Assembly (NCBI GenBank): GCA_951406725.2
Contig: OX597815.1
Span: 115,816,001-115,880,000 of the forward strand
Length of the DNA stretch: 64,000 nucleotides
From: Octopus vulgaris
Taxonomy: Eukaryota
Direction of reading: 5' to 3'
Shown: one piece after another, positions 50,779-64,000 of the stretch
Layout of the letters: each line of letters opens with the position of its first letter
How positions within the stretch are numbered: position 1 is the stretch's first letter
Notes under the pieces: model-generated
Seen by the model: the letters and a program-made list of their open reading frames with translations, nothing else
Database searches by the model: none
Told to the model about the DNA's origin: nothing
Made by a program: the position numbers and the translations under genes

Positions 50779-51481
50779 TTAATGTTTACATCTTGACCCG
50801 GAAATGAACCCCCCCCCCAATATTGGAATGGGTGTAAAAAAATATGTAGGAAACGAATATAAAAAAAACGCGCGCAAAACAACGGGAGGGTGGGAAGAGT
50901 ACTTCGGAAAATTCACTAGATCCGAGTTTTTCCCTCATAACTTTTAGGAAAATGAGGTTGTTTTCAATGGAATTTTATATAAATACTTTTCAAACGGCAT
51001 ACATTACGATTATAAAGAAAATTGTGGAGAAAATCTTTTCCAAGGGGGATGGGGAGAGGACTTCGGAAAATTCACAAAATCCGAGTGTTTCCCCCGTAAC
51101 TTTTAGGAAAATGGAGTTTTTTTCAATGAAATTTTATATAAATACCTTTGAAACGGCAGTTATGAGGGAAAAACTTGGATCTTGTGAATTTTCTGAAGTC
51201 CTCTCCCCACCCTTTGGAAAAGATTTTCCCCACAAATTTCTTTATAATCGTAATGTATGCTGTTTGAATGGTATTTCTATAGAATTTCATTGAAAAGTAT
51301 CTATTTTCCTAAAAGTTATGAGGGAAAAACTCGGATCTTGTGAATTTTCCGAAGTCCTCTTCCCACCCTCCCGTTGCTTTGCGCGCATTTGTTTTTTCAT
51401 ATTCGTTTCCTACACATTGTTTTACATCCATTCCAGTAGTTTTTTGGGATTTTCATTTCCGGGTCAAGATGTAAATATTAA
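50779..51481. mobile_element. ~700-bp foldback/MITE-like element, palindromic throughout
   Basis: Ends TTAATGTTTACATCTTGACCCGGAAATGA / TCATTTCCGGGTCAAGATGTAAATATTAA; each arm has two ~157-bp subrepeats. Confidence 0.9.
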
Positions 51482-51834
51482 TCAAATGATATATTTTGAA
51501 AGATCCTACATAATTTTAAATAATTTATCCACAGTTATTCCGAATCAAGCTCGAACCCACAACGTTACTTTTACCGCTTTCAGTAGCTTTTGAATGATGC
51601 AAAATTAGGTCGGTCGCTTAGAACACATATGAAAAACTAAAACGAAAACGAAAATATATATGAAAATCCAAAAAGAAAGGAAAAAATCGAGTGCCAACAT
51701 GAATGTGTCGCTTATGACGCTAAGAAAAAGAAAATCCTTTCGATCATCAAACTAAATCTTGTTTTGCTTTTCTTTCTCTTTTAAATACATGTCTTCTTTA
51801 CGTTTATATTAAAAGTTCAGTTTTTTCAATACAC

Positions 51835-51841
51835 AGGTGTA

Positions 51842-51894
<53 letters not shown>

Positions 51895-51908
51895 TGTGTG
51901 TGTGTGTG
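51835..51908. repeat. (TG)-(TA)n-(GA)n-(GT)n compound microsatellite
   Basis: Direct reading. Confidence 0.95.
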
Positions 51909-52956
51909 ATTGAGTGAGTAAGTAGTTTACTCACTACAGTAATTTAAAATAAATTGTTTAGGGTACTCTAGAAAGCTAAACGACGAATCATAAATAAATA
52001 TATTTATTTTTTACAGCCAAAAATAAAATAAAATAAGATAAAAGTGAAAAATAAAGGGTGAATAGAGTCGTGTTAATCACCCCCTTTCCTCCTGTATCTT
52101 TATTCAACTCTTCGCTGACTTTACACCAAGCTGCGTGTACACACATTAAATGCACTCGTAATATTTCTCCCTTGTTCTTAATGTATCTGATTCGCTGAGG
52201 ATTTCCGAACCGTGGTGGTAATATATGACTTGAACTAGATTTTTTTTTATTGGGTTTTATTTCCCACTGTTTTGCTCTTTGTTTCATTCCGAGCCTAATT
52301 TATATTTTGGTGTAAGATAGGCGGATACTTATACATGTAAATATTGTATGTGCGTGCGTGCGTGTATGCAATGTATGAATAGATAACTGTAGATTCTTTC
52401 TGTGCCTGTGTGTATTCCTGCTTTATCAACATAACGTTAAACTCACGACTGACAGAAGTAAAATATATATATATAGATATATATACATATATGTAAAATA
52501 CGAGCAACAACATAATTCTAAAGAGTAAATTTTTTTTATATTACGTCACGTCTTCTGCCAGACTCATTCGAGACAGTATAAAAGCTCGGTGTCATTACCA
52601 TTTTATTTAAAATCTAACCAAAACCTGTTTCTACTTATATTGGCTCGTCAACAAGCAATGCCACATACGTTTGTAAAGTTGCATTTTCTTTCTTTTACAA
52701 TTGCTCCTTGTTGCGTGCCTTGACTTCTAAAATTTTCACACTGGAACTTATCACGAACATATATATATACATCAAGAAGAATTTCATGTTAAAATCCTAT
52801 TCTGTACGCTAAAGTTTAACTGTAGCATAGCTTATCAGTTCCCTGCATGTGTATAATGTATGTAAATTTAACGAGATAGTAAACCTACTCACAATTTTCT
52901 CCGTCGCTGACGTAAATTGTGATTTGAAGCTATCTTGTTTATCTGTTCTCTAAGCG

Positions 52957-53109
52957 ATGGAATCGTCGGCATTGTTATGTAAAGACGACCTCTGCTATTG
53001 GAGAGCAGACTTGCCGAGGATTACAGGTGATCATTACCAACTAGAAGACGGACAGCAGCTTCAGGGTCTTTTGCCTATCACAGTTAATACTTCTAGTAAT
53101 ATGCTGTGA
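52957..53109 (+). other. Candidate 50-codon upstream ORF
   Basis: GCG-ATG-G context; MESSALLCKDDLCYWRADLPRITGDHYQLEDGQQLQGLLPITVNTSSNML*; same frame as the FAM102A ATG 384 nt downstream. Confidence 0.35.
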
Positions 53110-53292
53110 TTTTGCTGCTCGTCATTTTTGTCTTTAGTTTTCCAATACAGTTGTCTTTCTCTACCAGAACAGGCAACACAGTCACTAAACGTATTATTAT
53201 CCCTTTATAAACATATATACCTACACCTTCCTTTTTTTATATATACATATAAACATACAAACACCTATTCTTACATACGGACAAATATCTGA

Positions 53293-53559
<267 letters not shown>

Positions 53560-56500
53560 TAGATTTTATAGTGTTACTATTATTTGTTTTTTAATCTCCT
53601 TAATTATTGCCCTTTTTTTTTCTTCTCTCGTAATATCGGAAATGTTGCTTTTCGATATAGAAAAATTAACAAAAAAAAATGTATACGAGCGCATCAACTA
53701 TTATTCAGAAACCCATAAGTTGCTATTATTGTGAAAACACCGAATTATAAACCACATAGGAGACAAATTGTCTGCGTGTATAATCCCCCAAAACACGTTA
53801 ATTTGCTATTCATGTGTGTAAAGATAGCAAGAGGGAGAGTCTTTATTGAATCCGCAAGTTCTGTTAGTGTTTGATGCCGGTTTGACACTCCACATCACCA
53901 ATAATAAACATAGGATGATCTTCCTCTATTCCACGTCAATGTAAGTGGATCGTGACACTTGAGCTAGCACCTGTTTATAGCTAACAGTATTTAAGAGACG
54001 GGATACTTCTTTAGCAGTAAGCTAACCCTGACCGAACAAACCTATACTCCCAGGCGTCTCAGTCGTGACCATCACGCTATTTTTACCCAAGCGTAGTGTA
54101 TTTAGGACATTATCTGATGGCTTGCCTTTATTAAAGATAGGATGTGAAATAGATGTTCTACTGAGATTTCTAGAAAGTCCAGTGACCCATTAGAGGCCTC
54201 TTTCTTGATAGGAGCTGGGATAATTTCTTCTGAAGGGTGCAGTGAAATATTTTCTCCATCAATGCTTTCAACGTCACAAAGAAAATAGTATGCTTACTCA
54301 AAGATATTATTATCTAATAGATATAGTCATATCCATTTCCACGCCCCTACTATATTTTCAGTCCATCTTTTTCAAAGACAACGGAAAGTCATACATCGGT
54401 GATCTGCGTGTGACATTACTTAATTTTCTCTATGAACTTTTTGAAGTTTATTTTTCTTATTCATGGGTTAGTATTGCAAATTTCACTGTTTTGCAGTAGT
54501 CATCACCTTTGAAAATCCGTTGTTCTTTATATATTGCTAATATTAACACCTGCTGTATAACAGGAAACTAGCTGATTAAAAAGAAAAAGACCAGAAGTTA
54601 TATATAATAAACCTTTTATTTATCAGCATCATCTGCTGTAGTTGGTTTACCTACTTTTCTCCTAACTTGAATTAAACCACAGACGAATATTTATCATGAA
54701 TTTCTAGTTTAGATTATTTAACTTAATAGCAGGTAATAATTTCCTTTACTATGCAATGTATTTCTGACTCACATGTATATGCATTTCTAAATTTCTTCAT
54801 TGTAGTAATCGAACCGGTTATTATTGGCTGCATATTTTGTAAACATGGGTCACTTTAGTGAACAAAAGTTGACACAAAAGGAAAGCCATATTTTACATCA
54901 GGCATTTAGCGAGCATTATTATCATAGCAAGTTGAAACAAAATCGTGAAACTTTTAACCAATTTAATCATTTCTAAGAAACTTATCACTTGAGTTTCGAA
55001 TCTTAACTATAATATTGTGTAAGCGCGTAACTCTGGATATTTGATTTTTAAGGATGCGTACAAGGGGGTGGCTATAGGCACGTGTAAAATGTATATATAC
55101 GTACGTGTACATTTTTGCTGACATGTATATACATGCATATTTAGCTCAAGGCGTATGCTAATTAAGCAGTTGTACGCTTTCATATACATTAAAGCATGTA
55201 CTGTTATATACTACGTGTGTGAATATTTACCGAACTGACATATTTTTCTTTACATATGTGGTTTAGAGATTGTACTTTAATGCAGCACAGTTTAATTTAG
55301 TAACTGTTAATATCTCTGTTCTTTCATTTGTTTAATAAATTAAGGTGTATGATATATTAACATATTCCATGTTAACATTTTGGAATCAGTCAGCTGATCA
55401 TTTTTCGACTTTTTCCTCCATTGCATTCATTTAGAGTTTCATCGCCTCAGTTCAGCTTTAATTGATATAATTTAATTGCAAATATTCTTAAATCATGCAA
55501 GAATTTCCTCTAAAAGGTATTAAAAATAAAGCCTTGTTTGTTTTCGATTATTTTTCGATTTGTTCATAAAAAAGTTGTTTCGACTATTGTCTGTAAAGTA
55601 TATATAACAAAGCTATTAGAATATATTCTTAATAAATTAGTATGTGGTCTATCCCTAAAGCACTTTAATCTCTTGACCCCATTCAGTGGAGCTATAGGTA
55701 GATTAACTATCGTGAGAATGATACAAACCATCCAACTTGTTGATGTATTGTGCACTACATAACGGGAGCATCTTTGCTTGTAGTGCCTGACGAAAGAAAT
55801 GACTTTTACAGGAGCGCTTTTGTAAATATTTGGATGATGGGTAAACATTAGAAACTACTAGTCCTAATCACAACATGCAGTATATGAATGACACAAAGGT
55901 GTTATAGAGAAACGAATAGAATTTCACACACACATTCTAGTTATGTATGTGTGTGTGTGCAGACCAAATGTGCTTCTTATTTCATCCTGTAGTTTGAGGT
56001 GGAAGCTCATTCGTAGTGGCATTAAAGTTCTAGTTAATCTATTAGTTTGATGAATTAAGAGTTGTTTTATGTCGGGATAGTTAGAGCGTGGATTAAAATG
56101 CCCCAGGTGTTATATAGTTATGATCGTTTAGATATTGAGTTAAACTTCCGCCGATATCTGTTTTACCTTTTATTTTTCTTAAGTCAATAGCAACCATGGA
56201 CTAGTGTCAATTTAGTTGACTATATTTCTTTCAAGAAAAAAAAAAAAAAAAAGAGGCCGTGAGCCTATGTTAGAATCAGTATTAGCCATAAACATATTAG
56301 CTTTCTGGATTTTTTTTTTTTTTTGGAAGTTTCCAAAATTAACGTCTATAAGTATCGCGTAATGTATAAGTTTTAACTGCAAGAAGCTTCATTATATAGA
56401 TCAAATAACAATACAGACGAATTATGAAAGCCACGTTGGACTCAAAACTTCCTGCCCTGGTTAGCAATATTGGCTATAATTACCATTATACCGTTTAGTG

Positions 56501-57039
56501 TTTAGATTTCCCTTTTGTAATTCCATGTAAGAAGATACTCTAGTTTTTTTTCATTGTACTGTAATTTAATGTGAGACAAACCATCTGGAATATCGCTAGT
56601 TAATTTTATAACTGATCAAGTGTGGACAGCTCGTTACTTCCACTAATTTTGCAGCATGTAGTAATTTAGCGTGGAGTTAATGCTTGCAGGGAAAATGTGC
56701 ATTCTAAGTGGATTGTCAAAGGCACCTGGGGAGAGCACATAATGCTTATAAAAAAAACCCCAGAAAGTGGGAATAAATGTATGTAAATTTTATCACCTTT
56801 GAAATTTCATTCAGTAGACCAGCACTGACAATAAAGAATACTTTTTGTCCTTCAGATTAGAAATGTGACATCTTTTTTATTACTTTAGTCAGTATGCATT
56901 TACGTAAATAGAACCAAGCAGTAGATAAACTGGTTGGATTTATGGAGGTCATCCAATGAAAAGAAAAAAAAATCCTCATCTCCAACAAATGGTTCAAATG
57001 TCTTAATTTCTTAGATAAGAAAGTGACAGAGCTCCTTCT

Positions 57040-57250
57040 TGAGTCATGAAGCCAGTTTCCCAGTTTCTGTGGTATAAATATATATTTCCCCTGGATGAAT
57101 CACTAGTCTGTTGCAGGATTACTCATTTGTGCCAGCTGAGTGGACTGGAGCAACATGAAATGAAGTGTTTTGCTCAAGAACACTATGCATTGCTCAGTTC
57201 AGGAATTGAAGCCACAATCATAGTCCAACACCCTACCTACTAATCCATGT
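57040..57250 (-). mobile_element. Family-4-like SINE fragment in the FAM102A intron
   Basis: CTGGAGCAACATGAAATGAAGTGTTTTGCTCAAG resembles 47790-47820. Confidence 0.65.
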
Positions 57251-57469
57251 ACTTTCTCTTAATTTCTTGGACCTGCACAACATTTCTAGGATGAAAACAG
57301 CAATATATATTATCTCAAATGGGAAATTTTTGTAGTAGCATTAAAAAAAAAAAAAAATGGAACCTGAGAAAATAAATATATCTTGAACTCTGGTTAGTTT
57401 GACATCATAAAGAAAATCAATGTCATAACTTTTCTGTTACTTCTAAAACTTGAGTGCATATAAATAAGC

Positions 57470-57835
57470 ACAGGTGTGGCATTGTGGTAAAAAGTTTGCT
57501 TCTCAATCACATGTTTCTGGGTTCAGTCTCAATATGTGACACCTTGGGCAAGTCTTCTGCTATAGCCCTGGGTTGACCCAAACCTTGAGAGTGGATTTCA
57601 TAGATGGAAAGTGAAAGAAGTCCATTGTATGTGTGTGTCTTTGTATTTGTTCCTCACTGCTGTTTAAAAACCATGCTGGTTTGTTTACACTCCTATGATA
57701 TAGTGGTTTGGTAAAAGTGACTGCTAGAATAATTATCAGGCTTAAAAGTATGTACTGGGGTTGATTAATTTGACTAAACCTGTCAAGATGGTGTCCTAGC
57801 ATGGCTGCAGTCCAGTGACTGAAAGGTTTAAAAGA
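57470..57835 (+). mobile_element. Older family-1 SINE (intronic)
   Basis: Head, CORE-like motif and tail. Confidence 0.8.
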
Positions 57836-60800
57836 TATATAAAAAAACACGGCTTTCAAATTTTTTAATCTGTATTTGTAAGACCTCTCTTCACAATTAG
57901 CTGAATGACTATAGTGTCAGCTTAATAGTTAGAAAAATGTTGTGTGTTTGTCTCCTCTTATTGTTACATATTAAGAATAATTACTAGCATACCATTTATT
58001 TGGATGTAGAGCAATTATGAAGAAAGCTGTTAATTCAGTGGTGAAATAAATGGAAAATTAGATGAATAGTTTGAGACTAGTCTCAAGATTATATTTTCTC
58101 AACTATGTATGGAATAGAAGCTTCATATCTTCATAATTTTCTTATTTGTAATGTATACTATGTTTTTTTTTATAACTTAACATCAAATTTCATGCCAGTT
58201 TCACTTAATAATTGTAAATGAAAAATATTAACGCAGGTTGGAAAAGTATAACAAAATTGAGAAAACAAAGGAAAAAAAGAATTCTTTAATGTTATTTACT
58301 CAAAAGTGGCTGGAATTTTAAATTTATTTATAGTAATTTTACCCTATTGTTGTAGATATTGTATATTTTTAGGTTGAGGAAGAGGACAGAGACTTATTTC
58401 ATGATACACAATTCTGAGTTCAAGTCCTGTTGGGGTCAAATTTGTATTTCATTCTTAAAGATATATATATATGTATATAATACACACATATACATATACC
58501 AGTAAGGATAATTCAAATATATTCTTTATTACACTAAATGTTTGTGCTTAAGAAAACATTCATTTTAAGGTGAAATGACTAGAGTGTAAAAATTGTGGCT
58601 TGGAGGATGTCTATTTTGCTTGCATGTTTAAGTTCAAATTTGTTTTGAGCCAAATTTGTTTTTGATTCCCTGTTTCGTTGATTTAGTATCTTTCATATAT
58701 AGAAGTTGAGCCATTTGACCGACAGCTCTTAAGTGATTTTTCAGAATTTTTGTTGTGTTGCTCAGAAACTAGTAAAACTTTCTTTCAATGATGTGTAGTA
58801 AGAAGATTCAGTCCCACCATGTAGGATCTTGAGCAAGTGTCTTAAATTATAGCCTTGGGCAGACCCAAACCTTGTGAGTGAATTTGGTTGTTGGAAACTG
58901 AAAGAAGCCCACTGTATATATGTATTTAATTGTTTGTGTGAGCGTGTATTTATGTCTCCTTGATTTGATCATTGTGTGATAGTTGTAAATGATTGTCACT
59001 GTCATATGAGGAGTGTCATTCATTTCCAATATTCAGTGGAAATAAGTGAGGGTTGATGACAGAAGTGCATCTGACCATAGAAAATCTCTTTCAATAAACT
59101 CTGACTTGTGTAAACATGGAAAAGTGGGACATTAAAATGCTGCTGCTGTGACTTGTGAACAACCTGACTGAATTTTCTGTCTCCAAGCTTTTGACTATAT
59201 TTTGAAAAATCATATCACTTGTAATAAGTAAGTAAAGTGGTATGGTTGGTTTGAGCAATATTTAAACCTACATTGTTTACCACTGTGACCCTTTTCTGTA
59301 TGAGGGGAAAAGATCTCAAAAACTGTAGGCCTTGAAAGAAAATCAATATTTAATTTCTTTAAGAAAAATAATTTCTTGATTCTTCAGACTGTTATTAGGT
59401 GTTGGATATCTTAGCTTTAATGATTATTAGTAAATCCTTTCATGCTAGGGTTCACAAAGCTAGTAATCAATCCCTAATGCTGGGAACTTTCCTTGTAAAG
59501 TATGACACCTGATTCCCATTTGGGTACACTGAGGCAATGTAATGAAAGTTGTGTGGTAGATACGATTTCTTAATACTTGGTATGGTAGTTTGATACCTTA
59601 ATGACTTGTTCATTGATATATTCAATCATATTGCATAGATACATATATCTTGTTCCTAGTTGATGCAGTGTTCCACAACTAAAAATACATTTTTCATTTT
59701 TTTTCATCTTTTTTACAGTTTTCCTGCATTTTTCAAATGTTATGTATTACATAGTTTTAATTTTCATAAATTGACATTTCATAAAAAAAAATTCTGTTCT
59801 ATTTTTCAACATTAGTATCTTCTGTATATATATATATATATAATGTGTGTGTGAATACACACCTACACGTGTGTATGTTTATACATGTACACATACACAC
59901 ACACAAAGTGGTATTGTGTGCTGTAAGGAATGTCAGAGTAATGTATGCTGATTCAGAAGATGATGGAGGTAGTGTGTATTCAGCTCCAACTTCAGATCAG
60001 GAAACTACTACTTTTAAAGTACTTTTAAGTGGTTGAAAAAGATGTATGCTGCTGTTATTGCCATTAATAAAATCATGTAACAATTACAAAAAAAACAAAA
60101 CAAATAAAGAGAACTAAATAAAAATGTAAACTGACAAACAAAATAAGAAAGGAGCTAGTCAAAATTATTACGTCTTTATTTTTCTTTATCTAATGGGACT
60201 TGCTGATTCCTCATATCCCCCTTTCTACTGCAACTTACATGTTGTATCATGTATGTTGGCATATCTCTGTTTTCTTTCCCATCTCCCGATGTACTACCCT
60301 ATTTCTCTCTGCTGCTTTGTTATCATACATAGCCTTTGCTTGTGTTTACCCCACTTTTTTTTTTTGCTGCCACACAACTCCCTCTCTTTGCTGCACTGCT
60401 TATATGCTTTTTTCCCCACTCAATAATAAATCTGCTGCAGTGTAAAGGAATTATTAGCTCTGCATGTGTAAGCATTAGAATTTATTGAGCTGAATCAGTG
60501 TTGTTGGAAGCTATCGCCAAAACCCTTTTCTTTGCTGAGAGACAAGAGATAACGTGTGGGCTTCGAGAAGTAGTAGTTTACAGCATATTAATATACCACT
60601 GCCATCATTGTAAATTCCTTTGCTTAATCTTAAATTGGGTTTTATAACATGCTAAACCAGAACAACCTGTTTGTTTCTTTGAACTCTTTGACTTAACTTG
60701 AATCCACTTGTAGGTGTTATGAGCTAAAAACAATTACATCACAGAAACAGAAAACTGCTTTAGCTATATGTGAAATTCTCTCTCCTGTCTCTTTTTCTCC

Positions 60801-61307
60801 TCTTTATAATGAAGTATATTGTGTCGTTTGAGACTTTCTCTATGCTATCAGCTTTAGCAGCATTCCAGTAGGGTATTTCCACTCACAGGTATGTGAAGGA
60901 AAACAACTGCCTTCTCTTTAAGCCCAGCTAGGATTTCTTGTAGATTTAACAAATGATTTTAATAGATAATTTCTTGTGTGGGATGTCAGTTGCTTGTCAT
61001 GGTTAACACATCTCACTTGAAATTTCTTTTTATGTACTCTGACAGGGAAAAATTTCTCACTTTTATCTTTATAAAGTCTCATGACAGTTAAAGAAAAGCC
61101 TGGCAGGACGTTATTGTCATTAAGTAACCTTTGATATGCTTATTGAAGCTACTTACCATTTAAAAAATTTATTGCTTCATTTCTGTCTTTATAACACACT
61201 GCAAATAAGAATTCCAGGCTTTGTTCAGAATTGATCTGATTTGTATTGTCTGGTAATTGTGTCATGACTATTAACAAAGATGTAAGATAGCTCTGGGAAT
61301 CCTATTT

Positions 61308-61603
<296 letters not shown>

Positions 61604-62709
61604 CTTAGGTAATGATTGTTTTACCTATATTCATCATCCTCTTTCTTTATCTAGATGTAATTTTCTCTAAAGTTAAGACACTTGACTTTCATAGGATAGT
61701 ATTTGTAAGTTGTCTACCCACTTAGTTTCTTCAATGATCTATAGGCTTACTGCAGAGTTGTTTGTCAACAAGCACTTGTACAGACATGTGAGATGTGGGT
61801 GAAAAAGTGTTGTGTTGACAGTGAATAGCATCTACAGCAGAGAAGGACACGAGAGGTGTTAAATCTCAATATCTTGAGTGTCAAAGATGAGCTGATGCAG
61901 AATCAAGAGGTGATATTGCAGAATTGTTTAGCTATGCCCGTATCAAGGTGTAAAAAAAAATCTCCTGATGTAACAAGAATAATGCTGTGAATCTACTCTG
62001 TAAATATTTTATTTAGTGAAGTTCAAAACACATATTGTGCCCTCTGTTTTCTCTTTTTCTATGATTTGTTTTTTATGTTATACTTCTTCCAAATGTCAAA
62101 TTTTCAACTTGGGAAATAATGGAAGTGGTGTTGAGTATTTTCTTATTTGGTTCTATTTCGTATTGTATGCATATTTTCTCTCAAGATAAAGAGCAATACC
62201 TGGGAATTGGTTTTGGCCTTTGTTAACAGACATGCATGGACCTGCTAATATTTTCTTTTTTTTCTTAAGTAGTAAAATGATTGAGAAACTTCGCCTCCTG
62301 TACACAAAATTTTAACAAAATGCATTTATGAAAATTAGCTGCCAAATATATTTTTACAAATAAGGAATTGTAAATATGTATTTGATGGAACCATTATTAT
62401 TGCCAGCAAAGTACTCTGGACAATCTAAAAATTGCACCTAATCATAATTCATTAATTGGGTGTAAGACACTTTTTAAAGTTTCTTTTAACATTTATTAGG
62501 ATATAAACTAATGACATGTGAAGTAAAATATTCTTATACTTTAATCATGCCACTATTTAAGAGCCTAATATTTTAGGATAAGCAAAAAAATCAAACATAA
62601 CTTAATCTTTTCAAATCCTTCATTATGAATTACAGCACTTAAATCATTAATACATACATTATTATTATTATCATTAAGTGGAAATATTACCATAGTACAA
62701 TTATTGTAT

Positions 62710-62893
62710 GTGGCACGTAAAAGCACCCACTACACTCTCAGAGTGGTTGGTGTTAGGAAGGGCATCTAGCTGTAGAAACTCTGCCAGATAAGATTGGAGT
62801 CTGGTGCAACCATCTGGTTCGCCAGTCCTCAGTCAAATCGTCTGACCCATGCTAGCATGGAAAGCGGACGTTAAACAATGATGATGATGATGA
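62710..62893 (+). mobile_element. RTE 3'-UTR-derived element (intronic)
   Basis: GGAAGGGCATCTAGC box, (GAT)n tail. Confidence 0.88.
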
Positions 62894-64000
62894 AATGTAA
62901 CTTATTTGAGATCCCCTAATGACTCTATCTAGGGATTCAAGGACAGTAGTTTTTTTCCATTGCCTTTTCTTGGTCGTAAGACGACTACTGGAGTAAGTCT
63001 CAACAAATACACAAAAATATATAAAGACATAAAAATTATATTTAATATAATTAAAGTAAATAACACAGTTATTATTTATATGACAATGAATGTTACTTTT
63101 TCATCTTATTTCTTTAAAGTTTTTGAGTTAAATATTTTTGTCAGGAACACAAGGCTAGCCAGCATATTATAGATCTTGGTCAGCTGCAGTTCTTTAAATT
63201 CATTGTACTCTATCAATTAAATAGAAAACTTAATCTCAAGCACTGACTATCACTAAGAAAGCTAATGAAATTTCTCATTTTATGTAATAATTTTCCAATG
63301 GATATTATGTGACTCACTTTTAAAAGGTAATAAGAGGGAAATAAATGTGCATTTCACAAACAAGTTCATAAACAGGTTTCAGAATTGGGCAACATTAAAC
63401 ATAGAACACAACGCATGGTGACATAATACATCAATATTTTAATTTGTGAAAATATAACAATAAGCTTTCCAGGTTTTCTTAGTTTACTTTTAGTAATAGC
63501 CATTATTCCAACATTATATTACTAATTTAACAAAATCTATTTTCACTGTTAGTGAGCTATTTAAGTAGTACATAATCTGCAGTTATTAACTGCTCATGTT
63601 CTTAACTATATATTATCTGGAGCATCTAAAATATATTTTCCAGTCAGTCAGAAACCCTATATCACATATTCTCTCTGCCTACACTTGTATATTGACGCTA
63701 CATTTTGTTTTATGCAAGTGGACTTGTGTGACTTATTATTAACTTAACACTTAGCCTTGACTATGACCCAGTGTAGATCTGGTTTATGTTTTCTATTACT
63801 AGTTGGTCTTCCACAAATTCTGTTGATATGCAATTCTCATCAGCTTTCACTCCCATTTTTTTTTTGTGATGTTCTCAAAGACAAGCATGAATAGAAAACA
63901 GCTGAATGCAGAATAGCTAGGTACACATCTATTCCTTAAAATGCTAACTGTAGATTGCATATATGGTTTACTGCTCCCTTTAGCTATTTTCCTGTACGAA

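Noticed and set aside
50952-51593. 113-aa and 91-aa ORFs as a transposase or upstream exons
   Set aside because: They derive from the palindromic subrepeats and have no catalytic motifs.
59930-60036. Acidic peptide ADSEDDGGSVYSAPTSDQE as FAM102A exon 2
   Set aside because: No similarity to the expected C2-domain continuation and no convincing splice sites.

Overview
AT-rich, repeat-dense eukaryotic DNA. The SINE/LINE families and the microsatellite load suggest a coleoid cephalopod, probably Octopus; this is inference from recalled repeat families, not a search. One host gene is supportable: the first coding exon of FAM102A/EEIG1 (53341-53489, +). It sits in a CpG-retaining, TE-poor promoter-like region and is followed by a >10 kb intron. 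The preceding ~51 kb is a nest of retro- and DNA-transposon remnants: CR1/L2-type, RTE and R4/Dong-type LINEs, two hAT transposase pseudogenes, several tRNA-SINE families and a ~700 bp foldback element. The most unusual structure is a tRNA-headed SINE-like insertion with an 11-bp TSD. Its tail carries a minimal hammerhead-ribozyme motif and is duplicated in inverted orientation at the 5' end, as in Penelope-like elements (47880-48265). Also notable are an RTE with twin-priming geometry, a CR1 with 3' ends at both termini and an antisense relative nested inside, an R4-clade element embedded in (CATA)n, a perfect 45-bp hairpin, and a 50-codon uORF upstream of FAM102A. Most ORFs in the supplied track are repeat or microsatellite artefacts. 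Boundaries of decayed repeats are approximate.
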